Positions 1 through 10,898 of a stretch of DNA of 64,000 nucleotides are shown piece by piece; the stretch's first letter is position 1, and every line of letters starts with the position of its first letter. Below the pieces are notes generated by a model, which saw only the letters and a program-made list of their open reading frames with translations, made no database searches and was not told the origin of the DNA. Source of the stretch: an uncultured bacterium (GTDB taxonomy: Bacteria; Omnitrophota; Omnitrophia; Omnitrophales; Aquincolibacteriaceae); assembly GCA_964385615.1 (NCBI GenBank), contig CAYLPP010000014.1:3836-67835 (forward strand), written 5' to 3'. The translations under genes and the position numbers were made by a program.

Positions 1-551
1 AGAATTTCGTTACGGCGCCTTGCTGATTGGTGCTGGATATAAGCGTTCCGGACACGGCCCCGAATTTGCCAAGCCGTGACAGCAAGGTTGAGATAAGTAC
101 TTTGGGCATGGTGACGGGCTTGAGAGATCCTCTTGCCGCGTTTCCCCATCGTTTCAACAGGTATGTCAAAAGTAAATCCATAAAGCCAAGGAGAGATGTT
201 GGAAGGGCTGACTTTATACTCGGGCAAAAATCCCATCGTGGGATTGGGTCTCTCTCCAGCAGTTATAACGCCGCCTTGAGAAATTTTCCACTGGGCTTTA
301 GCTAAATCGAAATCCGGATGGTAATAAAGGGCCGTAAGCGTCAATAAATCTAAATCCCAGGATTGAAGCGGCCATGTCTCCATCTTATGATGAAGCGCGG
401 CTTCCATAAATGCCTGCAAACCCGGGTCCTCAAGGTTTCGCGCCTGAAATTCTTCTAGCCCTTTTGATAATGACAAGGGCTCCGGATGAAACCTCGCACA
501 ACCTGCTAATAGCAAAAAAGAAAATACAATAAATTTAACCGCTGGACGCAT
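1..551 (-). CDS. Efflux transporter outer-membrane factor, NodT/OprM-family lipoprotein (partial; N-terminal part only, gene continues past window start)
   Basis: My own minus-strand translation from the ATG at 551 gives MRPAVKFIVFSFLLLAGC (a lipobox), followed by sequence typical of outer-membrane efflux proteins (…WDLDLLTLTALYYHPDFDLAKAQWKISQG…). No stop codon occurs before position 1. It is absent from the supplied ORF track because it is open-ended. Confidence 0.55.
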   Translation of the reverse strand, partial: MRPAVKFIVFSFLLLAGCARFHPEPLSLSKGLEEFQARNLEDPGLQAFMEAALHHKMETWPLQSWDLDLLTLTALYYHPDFDLAKAQWKISQGGVITAGERPNPTMGFLPEYKVSPSNISPWLYGFTFDIPVETMGKRGKRISQARHHAQSTYLNLAVTAWQIRGRVRNAYIQHQSARRRNEI

Positions 552-639
552 TCATTTCCCCTTGGTTTACACAGAGAAATGATAGCAATACAAATGGTCA
601 GCAGTATGACGGGAAGATTACAGGTTGGTAATCTTCAAA

Positions 640-2064
640 TTACTGGGCAGGAAAAATTAGGGTAACGGTAGTCCCTTGACCTTGATGGCTCTGAACTTCT
701 ATAGAACCCGCATGAAGCTCCATGATGGATTTGACAATGGAAAGTCCAAGCCCCGTCCCTCCCGGGTCATGAGAGCGGGATTGATCGGCGCGAAAAAATC
801 GGTCAAAAATACGGGGAAGATCCTCTGCGTTAATGCCAGTACCTGTATCATGAACAGTAACAGCGGTGACTTCATCGGATTTTTTTCTTACTTGGATAGT
901 AATTTCCCCATCTTTTGGCGTATATTTAACGGCGTTAGAAACAAGATTTGTCAAAGCCCGCTTAAATAAAAGGGGGTCCCCGAGGATCTGTCTATTTCCT
1001 TCGCATGAAATCCTTATCCCTTTTTCTTCTGCAAGCGCGTCGTAAAACTCTTTGACGGTTTGGATTTCCTTTAAAGGATCGAATGCGCTTTTTTTGAGCA
1101 GAACTTGCGTATTTTCTGCTCTCGCCAGAAAAAGCATATCGTCGATCAACCGTGAAAGTTTCCTGTATTCTTCAAGATTGGATTCCGCGAGCTCTTTGAA
1201 TTCTTCCTGAGCCCTCGATTTAGTCAGTAAAACTTCTGTGGTCCCCATCAAATTGTTAATCGGTGTCCTGAGTTCATGAGCAAGGTCAGCTGAAAATTGG
1301 GAAATCTGAGCGAAAGATTTTTCAAGCCGCTTTAGCATACCATCAAACGCGACGGCTAAATCCCTCAGTTCAACCGGCCAATCATTTCTCGTTAACCTCT
1401 CGTGAAGATGCTCGGCGCTGATTTTCTTAACTGAGCTTGCCATCTTCTTGAGCGGAAGTAACCCTCTGCGGGTAATCCAAATCCCTGCAAGACTTGCCAG
1501 AACAACACCTCCAAATAGAATCACGCTAAGCTTTCGCCGGTAAATTCTAAGAATTTTTTCATCTGCGGTAACATCTGAAACCAGTTCAAGGAGCCATTTT
1601 TTTTCCGGAGAACCGGACAGGACCCAGGCTGAAGACAACAGATAAATCCTTCCACCCCAATTTCGCTGTGTGTAGTTTTCGATGTCAATTTGCTGACTAT
1701 TAAACATCGGAAATTCAGCTGCCGGAACAGGCATGCCAGAGCTCTCAACAAGGACTGCCTTCTTTTCATCCAAAATCCTCACAAAATATCTCGGGATTCC
1801 CCCTGCCGAATTTTCTAATTCAATTTTTTCTTTAAGCTCTCCAAATTCCGCAGGGCGATCATGAATGAATTGCCTAAAAAAATGCATCTGATCTTTTAGA
1901 AAAGAACTATCATCCATTTTTAAGTCATGCGCAAGCGCACGGTAGAGATAGATCCCCGATCCGACCAATAAAGCGAAACTCGTGATTGCATAAAGAAGAG
2001 TTAATTTTAACGAAATGGAAATGGGAGATGGAGATTTCCGGGGTTCAACGCTCTTCAAGAACAT
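640..2064 (-). CDS. Heavy-metal sensor histidine kinase (CusS/CzcS-like)
   Basis: 474 aa. It has two TM segments flanking a periplasmic loop, a HAMP region, the H-box [10 protein letters not shown], and HATPase motifs (DTGTGI…[10 protein letters not shown]). It overlaps the upstream RR gene by 20 nt. Confidence 0.9.
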   Translation of the reverse strand: MFLKSVEPRKSPSPISISLKLTLLYAITSFALLVGSGIYLYRALAHDLKMDDSSFLKDQMHFFRQFIHDRPAEFGELKEKIELENSAGGIPRYFVRILDEKKAVLVESSGMPVPAAEFPMFNSQQIDIENYTQRNWGGRIYLLSSAWVLSGSPEKKWLLELVSDVTADEKILRIYRRKLSVILFGGVVLASLAGIWITRRGLLPLKKMASSVKKISAEHLHERLTRNDWPVELRDLAVAFDGMLKRLEKSFAQISQFSADLAHELRTPINNLMGTTEVLLTKSRAQEEFKELAESNLEEYRKLSRLIDDMLFLARAENTQVLLKKSAFDPLKEIQTVKEFYDALAEEKGIRISCEGNRQILGDPLLFKRALTNLVSNAVKYTPKDGEITIQVRKKSDEVTAVTVHDTGTGINAEDLPRIFDRFFRADQSRSHDPGGTGLGLSIVKSIMELHAGSIEVQSHQGQGTTVTLIFPAQ

Positions 2065-2722
2065 ACCCCATGCCGCGTATCGTATGAATCAAAGGCTTTC
2101 CAAAAGGATCGTCGATTTTACTGCGCAAACGGCGTACTGCGACGTCAACCACATTCGTATCACTGTCAAAGTTCATATCCCAAACCTGTTCAGCAAGTAT
2201 GGTTCGAGACAAAACATCTCCGGCCCGGCGCGCCATAAATGAGAGGAGCAAAAACTCTTTTCCGGTTAATTCAATCTTCTTAGCACCGCGCGTAACCTTG
2301 TGCTTTAAAAAATCAATCTCAAGCTCTGCAATTTTCAATACTTCGAGGGGGCGATTCTGACCACGCCTAAGAATAGTTTGAATGCGGGCTAGAAGCTCCG
2401 AAAACGCAAAAGGTTTAACCAAGTAGTCATCCGCCCCGAGTTTCAAGCCTTTCACTTTATCGTCCACCGAGTCACGCGCGGTTAAAAATAATGCGGGTAC
2501 ATTCTTCCCCCCTTTTTTCAACTCAGTAAGCACGGACCAACCGTCCATGCCTGGAAGCATCACATCCAAAATAAGCAAATCATAATCTTTTGATGCCGCC
2601 AACGACAACCCTTCGTCCCCTCGCTTGGCCGTATCCACAACAAATCCAGCCTCAGTGAGTCCCTTTTTTAAATAGGCCTGAGTTTTAATTTCATCTTCAA
2701 CAATTAGAATTCGCATACCCAA
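2045..2722 (-). CDS. OmpR-family heavy-metal response regulator (CusR/CzcR-like)
   Basis: 225 aa. It has a receiver domain (MRILIVEDE…[12 protein letters not shown]) and a C-terminal winged-helix DNA-binding domain (…VRRLRSKID…IHTIRGMGY). Confidence 0.9.
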   Translation of the reverse strand: MGMRILIVEDEIKTQAYLKKGLTEAGFVVDTAKRGDEGLSLAASKDYDLLILDVMLPGMDGWSVLTELKKGGKNVPALFLTARDSVDDKVKGLKLGADDYLVKPFAFSELLARIQTILRRGQNRPLEVLKIAELEIDFLKHKVTRGAKKIELTGKEFLLLSFMARRAGDVLSRTILAEQVWDMNFDSDTNVVDVAVRRLRSKIDDPFGKPLIHTIRGMGYVLEER

Positions 2723-2725
2723 ACC

Positions 2726-3532
2726 TTATAAGGCAGTTGTTTTATTAGCAATTTTAAAAATACTTTTCACTATCTCAAATCCGCTGTTCTTCAGTTGAAT
2801 CGGCACAGGGTTTGATTTGATCTCTGGCATCTGCAAATTCGTTTCATTGTTCAGCGAAATCGTTCCTATGGTGATTTCACCGTCGGTGTAATACCAGTCA
2901 CCGCCTCCATTACGGCCCTGCAATGTCACGCCTACGCCAGTCACTTGAAAAAGAGCTGAAAGCTGCCCCACATTCTTAAGATCTTCCATCAAATTGTCAC
3001 GTTCTTTATCCACGTCAGGAGCAATGTGATGGGTCACTTGCCCCGTGCGATGACTGACTCCAACACTACGATCAAAGGTCGCCGCCGCAATCCAAAGAGG
3101 CCGTCCTCCTATACCAAGTTCATCAGAGCGCCATAACCGTACATGATGCCGCTGCCTGGCATTATTCCCCACCAGTTTCTCAAAAGCAAGATCTTGCCGC
3201 CGTTCCCAAAGGTAAAGATTACTAATAGGAGCATCCGGATAAGAACGCCCGATCAAAACACTTTCTGCAATTTCTAAACTCGTTTTTAATGTGACGGGAT
3301 CTGCGGGGTGCCAACCGGCTTTGAGCAGCGCATGAATAACTTCTGATTGACTGCCAATAAGTCCAACGTTAAGAGGATCTCCAGGAATCCCCTCTTTTGT
3401 CTGCGTTGTTTTTGGAGAATTTTGCACAGCGGGATGAAACTCATAATGCACCCATAAAATTGGAAGCAGCAAATAAGCTATAAGACCATAAAATATTAGA
3501 AGGGATACCGTTGCTTTGAAAAAAAGTTTCAT
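2726..3532 (-). CDS. Membrane-anchored LssY C-terminal-domain-like protein
   Basis: 268 aa with an N-terminal TM helix. The remainder resembles the LssY_C family, judged from memory of that family with no searchable motif. Confidence 0.4.
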   Translation of the reverse strand: MKLFFKATVSLLIFYGLIAYLLLPILWVHYEFHPAVQNSPKTTQTKEGIPGDPLNVGLIGSQSEVIHALLKAGWHPADPVTLKTSLEIAESVLIGRSYPDAPISNLYLWERRQDLAFEKLVGNNARQRHHVRLWRSDELGIGGRPLWIAAATFDRSVGVSHRTGQVTHHIAPDVDKERDNLMEDLKNVGQLSALFQVTGVGVTLQGRNGGGDWYYTDGEITIGTISLNNETNLQMPEIKSNPVPIQLKNSGFEIVKSIFKIANKTTAL

Positions 3533-3580
3533 GAAAACGTTAAATAATACCCCTCTATGAAATTAATTCTGAATAAATTG

Positions 3581-4246
3581 CTACTTCTTTTTAAAAAGAC
3601 AATAAGCAAAATTTTGAAAAGTATTAAAAGGTGTCTGATGACGCTCCTTGCTGCTTTTTAAAAGACTGAATCTCTCCCCCAATTCCCGGCTCAATGTTTC
3701 CGGGCTATAGCGCATAACCTCCAGACCGCTGCATTTTAGAGGGCCTTCAAGACTGAAAGTTGCCATAATTAAATACCCGCCAGATTTGAGCGAGTTCGTC
3801 AAAGTTTTAATGTATTTTTTTCGGTCTTCCGGATTTGTCAGGAAGTGAAAGACTGCTCGGTCATGCCACAAATCAAAACTGTCAGGAGGAAATGATGTCT
3901 TGGTAATATCGGCTTCAATCCAAGTCACCTCCTGCGCACAATTCCCTAATCGTGCCTTAGCCTTCTTTAAAGCTTCCGACGATAAATCAACCACCGTAAT
4001 ACGCTCGTATTTTTGAGCAAGAAGATCATCCGCAAGCGTTGAAGCACCTCCCCCTACATCAATGATGGAAGCGTTTTTAGAAATACCTGTTTCAGAAATA
4101 AATTTCAGAGATATCGCTAAATGCGGCTGGTACCAACTTACGCAAGATGGGTCCTTTGTTTTATAGACGGATTCCCAATGTCCTTTACCATCGAGCATTT
4201 TCAGCCTCTCGGCCAATACATGATCAGTGCAATTCCAACCAAGCAA
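3581..4246 (-). CDS. Class I SAM-dependent methyltransferase
   Basis: 221 aa. Motif [12 protein letters not shown] and a Rossmann-like layout. The true start may be the downstream Met, which would remove the overlap with ynfA. Confidence 0.7.
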   Translation of the reverse strand: MLGWNCTDHVLAERLKMLDGKGHWESVYKTKDPSCVSWYQPHLAISLKFISETGISKNASIIDVGGGASTLADDLLAQKYERITVVDLSSEALKKAKARLGNCAQEVTWIEADITKTSFPPDSFDLWHDRAVFHFLTNPEDRKKYIKTLTNSLKSGGYLIMATFSLEGPLKCSGLEVMRYSPETLSRELGERFSLLKSSKERHQTPFNTFQNFAYCLFKKK

Positions 4247-4533
4247 AGAAGCGCGCCAATCATATCTGCACCATCAGGAACGGTTTTATCAAAACCCCAT
4301 CCCCACAGTAGAGACATGACAACAAACACGCCGCCATAAGCTGCATAGACACGCCCAAAGTTGGCGTGTTGAAACGTAGGGATGATACCGTAAAGAATTA
4401 AAATAACACCGCCTAATAGACCGACTGCCAAACCTTTCCCATTACGGATCGACTGCCAAACTAAATAGCCACCGCCGATTTCACAAAATCCCGCAAGGAT
4501 AAATAAAAGAATGGATTGTGCGATGGCTCTCAT
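4201..4533 (-). CDS. ynfA: YnfA/UPF0060 family small membrane protein
   Basis: 110 aa with 4 TM segments. It contains the conserved [10 protein letters not shown] and GGVFV…LLWGW stretches typical of YnfA. Confidence 0.8.
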   Translation of the reverse strand: MRAIAQSILLFILAGFCEIGGGYLVWQSIRNGKGLAVGLLGGVILILYGIIPTFQHANFGRVYAAYGGVFVVMSLLWGWGFDKTVPDGADMIGALLCLVGIALIMYWPRG

Positions 4534-4542
4534 GAAGAAACC

Positions 4543-5559
4543 TTATTCGTGGGAATGAACCGGAAAATTACCGTGGCGATGCTGGCCCATTTTATAATGC
4601 TCGCCTCCGAAACTACTTTCCGTATCAACATGAATCATGACATGGCCCAAATGAGGAAGGTGGTGAAGTAGTTCGTGGCGGACCTCTTTTGCTATCTCGT
4701 GGCCTTCTTTTGCGGACGCATCGTTTTTTACAGCGATATTTAATTCCACATAAAGCTTATGGCCTACCCAGCGAGCTTTGATCTCATCAACTTTTTTTAC
4801 TCCCGCCACGTGTTCCGCCGCATGAGTCACTTCATCCAACACATCAGGATCGACACCATCAAGCATACGAGTCAAGATTTCTTTCCCCGAACTCCAAACG
4901 ATGAAAAGAATCGAAACTGTAATCACAAAACCTGCGATCGGATCCGCTAAAGGAAATCCGAAATGAACTCCAAGCGCTCCCGCAATGACTGAAAGACTCG
5001 CCCAACCATCCACTCTGGCATGATGACCATCAGCGATAAGCGCCGCGCTCCCAATTTCTTTTCCTACTTTAATTCTAAAAATCGCAACACCTTCATTTCC
5101 TACGAAGCTAAGAATCGAGGCTAAAATGACAACCCCTAAATGATGCACAGCCTCGGGATGAAAGAATCTTTGCACTGCTTCATATCCCGCCACAACTGCG
5201 CTAAAAAAAATCAATAACAAAACCATAACACCGGCGAGGTCTTCAATGCGGCCATAGCCATAAGTAAATCGTTTACTCGGTTTCAATCTTGCAAATAGAA
5301 AAGCAGCGCCGAGCGGAATGGCCGTAGCCGCATCTCCGAAATTATGAATTGTGTCTGCCAGGAGAGCGATACTGTTTGACGCAATAACAACGATAAGCTG
5401 AAGTATCGCCGTTATCATCAAGGCTATAAACGACCACTTTACGGCCCAAAGACCGCGTTCATGACTGACGATGGACGGATCTATGATGCCATGGGAATGA
5501 GCGTGTGAATGATCATGCCCCTTATGCTTTTTGCTGTGTGAATGGCTATGTTCGCTCAT
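4543..5559 (-). CDS. czcD: Cation diffusion facilitator (CzcD-like Zn/Co/Cd exporter)
   Basis: 338 aa. It has His-rich N- and C-termini (HSHSHSKKHKGHDHSHAHSHG; HHLPHLGHVMIHVD), six TM segments with HxxxD motifs, and a C-terminal cytoplasmic domain. Confidence 0.85.
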   Translation of the reverse strand: MSEHSHSHSKKHKGHDHSHAHSHGIIDPSIVSHERGLWAVKWSFIALMITAILQLIVVIASNSIALLADTIHNFGDAATAIPLGAAFLFARLKPSKRFTYGYGRIEDLAGVMVLLLIFFSAVVAGYEAVQRFFHPEAVHHLGVVILASILSFVGNEGVAIFRIKVGKEIGSAALIADGHHARVDGWASLSVIAGALGVHFGFPLADPIAGFVITVSILFIVWSSGKEILTRMLDGVDPDVLDEVTHAAEHVAGVKKVDEIKARWVGHKLYVELNIAVKNDASAKEGHEIAKEVRHELLHHLPHLGHVMIHVDTESSFGGEHYKMGQHRHGNFPVHSHE

Positions 5560-5574
5560 GTTTTAAACTCCTCA

Positions 5575-8500
5575 TTAATCAATAGTCTCTTCTTTTTCAA
5601 ATCGTTTGTAAAGGACGGGCAATACAAGCAAAGTCAAAAAAGTAGAGGAAATCAGCCCCCCGATAACAACCGTAGCAAGAGGGCGCTGCACTTCAGCCCC
5701 CGCTCCGTGGGAAATAGCCATGGGAATAAATCCCAGGCTTGCCACGAGAGCCGTCATAAGCACAGGACGGAACCGGGTTAAGGCTCCCTCTTTCACAGCC
5801 TCCGGAATTTTTAACTTATTTTCTTTACGCAATTTATTGATAAATGAAACCATTACAAGCCCGTTTAAAACCGCAACACCAAACAGGGCAATAAATCCAA
5901 CCCCCGCTGAAATGCTAAAAGGAATTCTGCGGATAAAAAGCGCAAGAATTCCCCCGACTGCAGCAAGAGGAATTCCGGAATAAACAATCAAAGCGCTTCG
6001 CAAAGATCCAAAAGCAGAATAGAGCAGCACGAAGATAACAAAAAGCGCAGTAGGCACAACAATCATAAGCCTTTGCCGTGCGCTCCGAAGCTGTTGGAAT
6101 GTTCCGCCCCACTCAAGGTAATAACCGCTCGGGAGCTTCACGTCCTTATCAATCGCTTTCTGAGCTTCTTCTACAAAACTCTCAATATCGCGGCCTCGGA
6201 CATTACATTCAATCACGATTCTTCTTTGTCCGAATTCACGACTAATCTGGGCGGGCCCCGTTTCAATCGAGATCTCAGCAATCTGCCCCAAAGGAATAGG
6301 AATTCCACGCGGAGTAAAAATTGGAATATTTCTGATCGTCGAAAGATCCGGTGGCGCATCAAAAGCGAAACGCGTGACTATTGGGAAGCGTCTTACACCT
6401 TCAAATAAAACGCCCACCGGATGACCCGCGCGAATTGCTTCCACAGTCGAAAGGACATCACTGATATTGACCCCATATCGCGCTAATTCTTTTCGGTCTG
6501 GAATAATTCGCAGGGTTGGAAGACCCTCTATTTGCTCGGTCTTAACGTCACGAGCTCCTTTAATTTTAGAAAGCACTTTCGCAAGCTCTTCTCCTGAACG
6601 GTGAAGGGTTTCAAGATCAGGGCCAAAGAGCTTTACAGCAATATCTGAACGCACCCCTGCAATGAGTTCATTAAAACGCATCTCAATAGGCTGCGTAAAC
6701 CCAAATCCTGCCCCTGGGACTTCTTCACTGAGCGCCTTAGACATTTTATCGATAAGCTCATCTTTGGTTTTTGCAGTTTTCCAAAATTTCTTAGGACGTA
6801 GGATGACAAAAATATCTGAAAGCTCAATTCCCATTACGTCCGTAGCTACTTCAGGACTGCCAGTCCTTGAAACAACGGTTAAAACTTCCGGGAATTTTTT
6901 TAAGGTCTTTTCAACACGCAAAGTCGATGCTACTGAACCTTGCATTGAAATACTCGGAAGCCGCCAAGCTTGAATCGCTATGTCGCCTTCATCCAGAGCA
7001 GGAATAAATTCCCCGCCTAAAAAAGGGAAAAGCGCAAGGCTGAATAAAAATAAAAAGAGTGCGGAAAACATAACCCGCTTGGGTTTATTAAGCACCCAGG
7101 TTAAACGTCTCTCATAAGCACCCTTAAGACGATTTAGCCATTTGATTTCTTTTTCATGCACTCCTTTCGCAAACCCCATAGAGCATAAGGCCGGCACAAT
7201 CGTAAAAGCGAGAATCAGAGAACCGATTAGCGCAAGAATCACTGTATAAGCCATCGGTTTAAACATTTTTCCTTCCGTCCCGGTTAATGTCAGGATAGGA
7301 AGATAAACAATCATGATAATCCCTACGCCAAAAAGAATGGGCCGCGCGACCTCATGGGCGGATTGCTCAATGACGAGAGGCACATCCTTTCCTTTAGCCT
7401 TTGATTCATGAAGTTTTCTCAATATATTTTCAACCATTACTACCGCACCATCCACAATCAGTCCGAAATCAATCGCACCCAGGCTCATAAGATTTCCAGA
7501 TATTTTTCCTGTCACCATTCCGATAAAAGCAAAAAGCATGGAAAGAGGAATGACAAGCGCGACAAAAATTCCGGCCCTGAAATTTCCAAGAATAAGAAAA
7601 AGGACTGCGATTACAAGAATGCCGCCTTCGATCAGGTTTTGCTGTACCGTGTGCAAAGTACGGTCAACCAAAGTGGTGCGGTCATAAAAAGTTTTGATCT
7701 TTACACCGGGAGGTAAAGTTTTCTGGATCTCCTTAATTTTTTCATCCACCCGTTTGGACACAATACGGGAGTTCTCACCAATCAGCATTTGAGCCATACC
7801 GATAACCGTTTCACCCTGCCCGTCAATCGTGGCCGCACCAAGACGAGGCATGAAACCTTCTTTAACCACAGCGAGATCTTTGACACGGATCGGCGTTTTA
7901 TCTTCCCGAACCGCAACAACTGTTTCCTCGAGATCGCCCGTATTTTTTATAAGCCCTTCACCACGGATAAGAAGCTGTTCTTCAAAATGCTCAATCGTGG
8001 CACTTCCTACAACAGCATTGTTCTCCATGACGGCATCAAAAACAGATTTAAGCGGAATTTTATAGGCCACAAGTTTCTTAGGGTCCACCTGTACTTCAAA
8101 CTGCTTGGCGTAGCCTCCCCAAGCATTAACTTCCACAACCCCGGGAACTGTTCTCAAACGATAGCCAATGTCCCAATCGAGTAGCGTTCTCAACTCCATC
8201 GGGGTATAACCTTTTCCTTCTACCGCGAAATGATAAACCTCACCAAGCCCCGTGGTTGTCGGCCCAAGTTCCGGTGATCCTAAATTCTGAGGAATAGACT
8301 CTCTCGCCTCGATCAGTTTTTCTTGAACGAGCTGCCGCGCAAAATAAATATCCACAAATTCCTTAAAGACAACCGTTACGGCGGAAATTCCGTAGCGCGA
8401 TACAGATCTTATTTCCTGAATATTAGGAAGACCGTTCATAGCTGCTTCGATGGGATAAGTAATCAGTTCTTCAACTTCCTGAGGACCGAGCGCGGGAGAC

Positions 8501-8655
8501 TTGGTGAGAATCTGGACCTGCACATTTGTTACGTCCGGCACTGCATCGATAGGAAGTTTCGTGAGCGCAACAATTCCAATACCAATTAAAAGGAAAGTGA
8601 ACACAAAAATTAAAAGTTTATTACGAATTGAAAAGGAAATCATTTTTTCAAGCAT
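5575..8655 (-). CDS. czcA: HME-RND efflux pump inner-membrane subunit (CusA/CzcA family)
   Basis: 1026 aa with the 12-TM RND architecture and two large periplasmic loops. It is typical of the CzcA/CusA family. Confidence 0.95.
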   Translation of the reverse strand: MLEKMISFSIRNKLLIFVFTFLLIGIGIVALTKLPIDAVPDVTNVQVQILTKSPALGPQEVEELITYPIEAAMNGLPNIQEIRSVSRYGISAVTVVFKEFVDIYFARQLVQEKLIEARESIPQNLGSPELGPTTTGLGEVYHFAVEGKGYTPMELRTLLDWDIGYRLRTVPGVVEVNAWGGYAKQFEVQVDPKKLVAYKIPLKSVFDAVMENNAVVGSATIEHFEEQLLIRGEGLIKNTGDLEETVVAVREDKTPIRVKDLAVVKEGFMPRLGAATIDGQGETVIGMAQMLIGENSRIVSKRVDEKIKEIQKTLPPGVKIKTFYDRTTLVDRTLHTVQQNLIEGGILVIAVLFLILGNFRAGIFVALVIPLSMLFAFIGMVTGKISGNLMSLGAIDFGLIVDGAVVMVENILRKLHESKAKGKDVPLVIEQSAHEVARPILFGVGIIMIVYLPILTLTGTEGKMFKPMAYTVILALIGSLILAFTIVPALCSMGFAKGVHEKEIKWLNRLKGAYERRLTWVLNKPKRVMFSALFLFLFSLALFPFLGGEFIPALDEGDIAIQAWRLPSISMQGSVASTLRVEKTLKKFPEVLTVVSRTGSPEVATDVMGIELSDIFVILRPKKFWKTAKTKDELIDKMSKALSEEVPGAGFGFTQPIEMRFNELIAGVRSDIAVKLFGPDLETLHRSGEELAKVLSKIKGARDVKTEQIEGLPTLRIIPDRKELARYGVNISDVLSTVEAIRAGHPVGVLFEGVRRFPIVTRFAFDAPPDLSTIRNIPIFTPRGIPIPLGQIAEISIETGPAQISREFGQRRIVIECNVRGRDIESFVEEAQKAIDKDVKLPSGYYLEWGGTFQQLRSARQRLMIVVPTALFVIFVLLYSAFGSLRSALIVYSGIPLAAVGGILALFIRRIPFSISAGVGFIALFGVAVLNGLVMVSFINKLRKENKLKIPEAVKEGALTRFRPVLMTALVASLGFIPMAISHGAGAEVQRPLATVVIGGLISSTFLTLLVLPVLYKRFEKEETID

Positions 8656-8656
8656 A

Positions 8657-9556
8657 TTATTCCTCGCCCAATTCGCTTTTCAAAAGCTCGGATTTCAAGA
8701 TAAAGCTGCCTTGCGTCACAATGATCTCTCCTTCACTAAGCCCTTCGGTAATGGCTGTCTCTTTGTCAGTTTGAGTCCCTACCTTTACTGACCGCACCTC
8801 AAAGGTTTCATCGTCTTTCACAACAAACACCGTATCGCCATTTTCCATGTTTTGAACGGCTGCCCGGGACACAATGAAAAATTTCTGTTCGGACTCGCGT
8901 TCAATTTTCCCATTCACAAACATACCGAATTTCACAAGATGGTCTTTGTTCTCAACATCCACCCGGATTTTAATGGTCCGGCTGTTTTCATCCACACGAG
9001 GAGAAATGAAAACCACCTTTCCTTCAAATTCTTTATCAGGATAAGCGGAAGTCGTGACAATTACTTTTTGCGCTAATTGAATTTTTCCCAAATCTTTTTC
9101 ATACACATCAAAACTAGCTCTTAAGACATCGGGATTCGCAATGGTCACAATTGAAGTCAAAGGATCAACAGAATCGCCCTCTTTCACATACTGAGAAATG
9201 ACGATGCCGTGAGAAGGTGAAAGAAGCTCCTCTTCCCCAGCGGAAGTCTGAACAGTGGCGATAGGACTTTTTTCCTCCACCGTTTGTCCCACAGCAACTT
9301 TAAGGCTTTTTAACACACCTTTTGATTTAGAGGCGACATAAACCGTATTCTCCGTATCCTGGGAAATCGAGCCATAGACCTCCAAATAAGAGATCAGTTT
9401 TCGTTTTTCGACTTTGGTTGTTTTCAGATCTATGGATTGCTGTATTTCTTTCTTCATGACAACCACAGGAGTTTTAGACTCTGGAGGAGCTTCCTGTTTT
9501 TTTGGGCTACACCCGATGACAATCAATGGAATTAATAAAAGAAGCCACTTTTTCAT
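8657..9556 (-). CDS. czcB: RND efflux periplasmic adaptor subunit (CzcB/CusB-like), lipoprotein
   Basis: 299 aa with a lipobox (LIVIGCS). It has the biotinyl/lipoyl-like and beta-barrel MFP regions. It sits directly between the OMF and RND genes, overlapping czcC by 1 nt. Confidence 0.85.
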   Translation of the reverse strand: MKKWLLLLIPLIVIGCSPKKQEAPPESKTPVVVMKKEIQQSIDLKTTKVEKRKLISYLEVYGSISQDTENTVYVASKSKGVLKSLKVAVGQTVEEKSPIATVQTSAGEEELLSPSHGIVISQYVKEGDSVDPLTSIVTIANPDVLRASFDVYEKDLGKIQLAQKVIVTTSAYPDKEFEGKVVFISPRVDENSRTIKIRVDVENKDHLVKFGMFVNGKIERESEQKFFIVSRAAVQNMENGDTVFVVKDDETFEVRSVKVGTQTDKETAITEGLSEGEIIVTQGSFILKSELLKSELGEE

Positions 9557-10830
9557 TATTTTTCTCCTTCTGGAACCGGCGTTTTCTGAAATGAACGCTC
9601 AAGCTGCGCTATTTTTTCCTGATAATTTTTAAGGACATTGTAATAAGCAAGTCGCGTTTCTTTGATCGTGCGAATATTCTCAAGATAATTCAAGAAGGCA
9701 AGCTCACCTTCTTCATATTGTGTTGTCACTTGCCTTAAAAGCTCATTAGCTTCATCAAGAGCTTTCTTTTGCAGCACCACCTGTTTATCCGCGAGCTCGG
9801 CTTCAAGAAAAGCCTGATAAACTTCCAAACCCACTTGTCTTTTAAATGCCTCGAGGTGTACGACTTGTTTTTCTTTTTCCGCTTTTGCTTCCTTCACTTG
9901 ACCAAGATTAAATCCCCAAAGAGGATAGGACGCGGAAAGAAGAAGAGATGTATCATTGTCAAAGTCTTGCGTGCTTCGCTCAATTCCAATCGCCATTTGA
10001 GGAAGGAAAGTTTTGAGAATTGCGCTCCAAAAACTTTTCTTGCGGGAGCTAAGAAGCGTTTTTTCGATCTGCACATCCGGCCTCTGCCCCACCGCTTTTT
10101 CAATAAGATTGGCATATTGAATAGCAAGCGGCTCATAACTAAGCGCATCTTTTAAAGAAAGATCGTCCTCCGCACGCCGTCCCAGGGCTAGATTCATCTG
10201 TCCCTTTGAAACTTTTAAATCCTTTTCCACAACAAGGAGATCATTCTCCGCACGGGCCACTTCAATTTTGGCTCGAATCACTTCACTTTTACGGGTGCTG
10301 CCAGATTGAAAACGAGTGTCTACCTGACTCAAAAACTGGCGAGTAGTTTGAAGATTTTCGCGAGCAACATCCAAAGCTTTCTCAAAAGCGAGGATTTGAG
10401 CATAAACAGTGATCACTTGGGCTGAGATCTGAGACCAGACAATATTTAATTGGTTCTTCGAAATATTAACGCCATCATGGGCAATCCGGCCACGCAGAAA
10501 GCGAGTTCCCAGCGGATCGAGTGGTTGCTTAATCGCAACCGTATCAAGATTGCCGTCCCTGACTTGCTTTTCATCTTTAGTCTGTTTCTTTAACCCGCCA
10601 ATACTGAGGTCAAGCTCCGGATCGGGTAACGCTTCCGCCTGAATCCACCTGCCATTAGAAGCGCTGATGTCCTTACGGGCTTCAATCATTTTAGGATTTT
10701 GGGCAAAAGCAATCCTAAGCGCCTGGTCAAGAGAGAGACTCTCCTGATTCAGAACGTCAGAAGCCTGAACAATAGAAGTCGAAAATGTTAATAAAGCAAA
10801 AAGGCAAAAATATCGGATTTGTTTTTTCAT
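9556..10830 (-). CDS. czcC: TolC-family outer-membrane factor of the HME-RND pump (CzcC-like)
   Basis: 424 aa with a signal peptide. It shows the two-repeat alpha-helical OEP architecture. The 1-nt ATGA overlap with the adaptor gene indicates operon coupling. Confidence 0.85.
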   Translation of the reverse strand: MKKQIRYFCLFALLTFSTSIVQASDVLNQESLSLDQALRIAFAQNPKMIEARKDISASNGRWIQAEALPDPELDLSIGGLKKQTKDEKQVRDGNLDTVAIKQPLDPLGTRFLRGRIAHDGVNISKNQLNIVWSQISAQVITVYAQILAFEKALDVARENLQTTRQFLSQVDTRFQSGSTRKSEVIRAKIEVARAENDLLVVEKDLKVSKGQMNLALGRRAEDDLSLKDALSYEPLAIQYANLIEKAVGQRPDVQIEKTLLSSRKKSFWSAILKTFLPQMAIGIERSTQDFDNDTSLLLSASYPLWGFNLGQVKEAKAEKEKQVVHLEAFKRQVGLEVYQAFLEAELADKQVVLQKKALDEANELLRQVTTQYEEGELAFLNYLENIRTIKETRLAYYNVLKNYQEKIAQLERSFQKTPVPEGEK

Positions 10831-10898
10831 AACCGTCTTTTAAAAGTTAGAGTGCGACTAGATTAAATTACGGAAAGACAGACGGATTGCGTCTAGGA

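Noticed and set aside
27-305. 92-aa plus-strand ORF at the window start
   Set aside because: It lies antisense to the partial NodT-type OMF gene (1-551, minus strand), which has a convincing lipoprotein start and family-like sequence.
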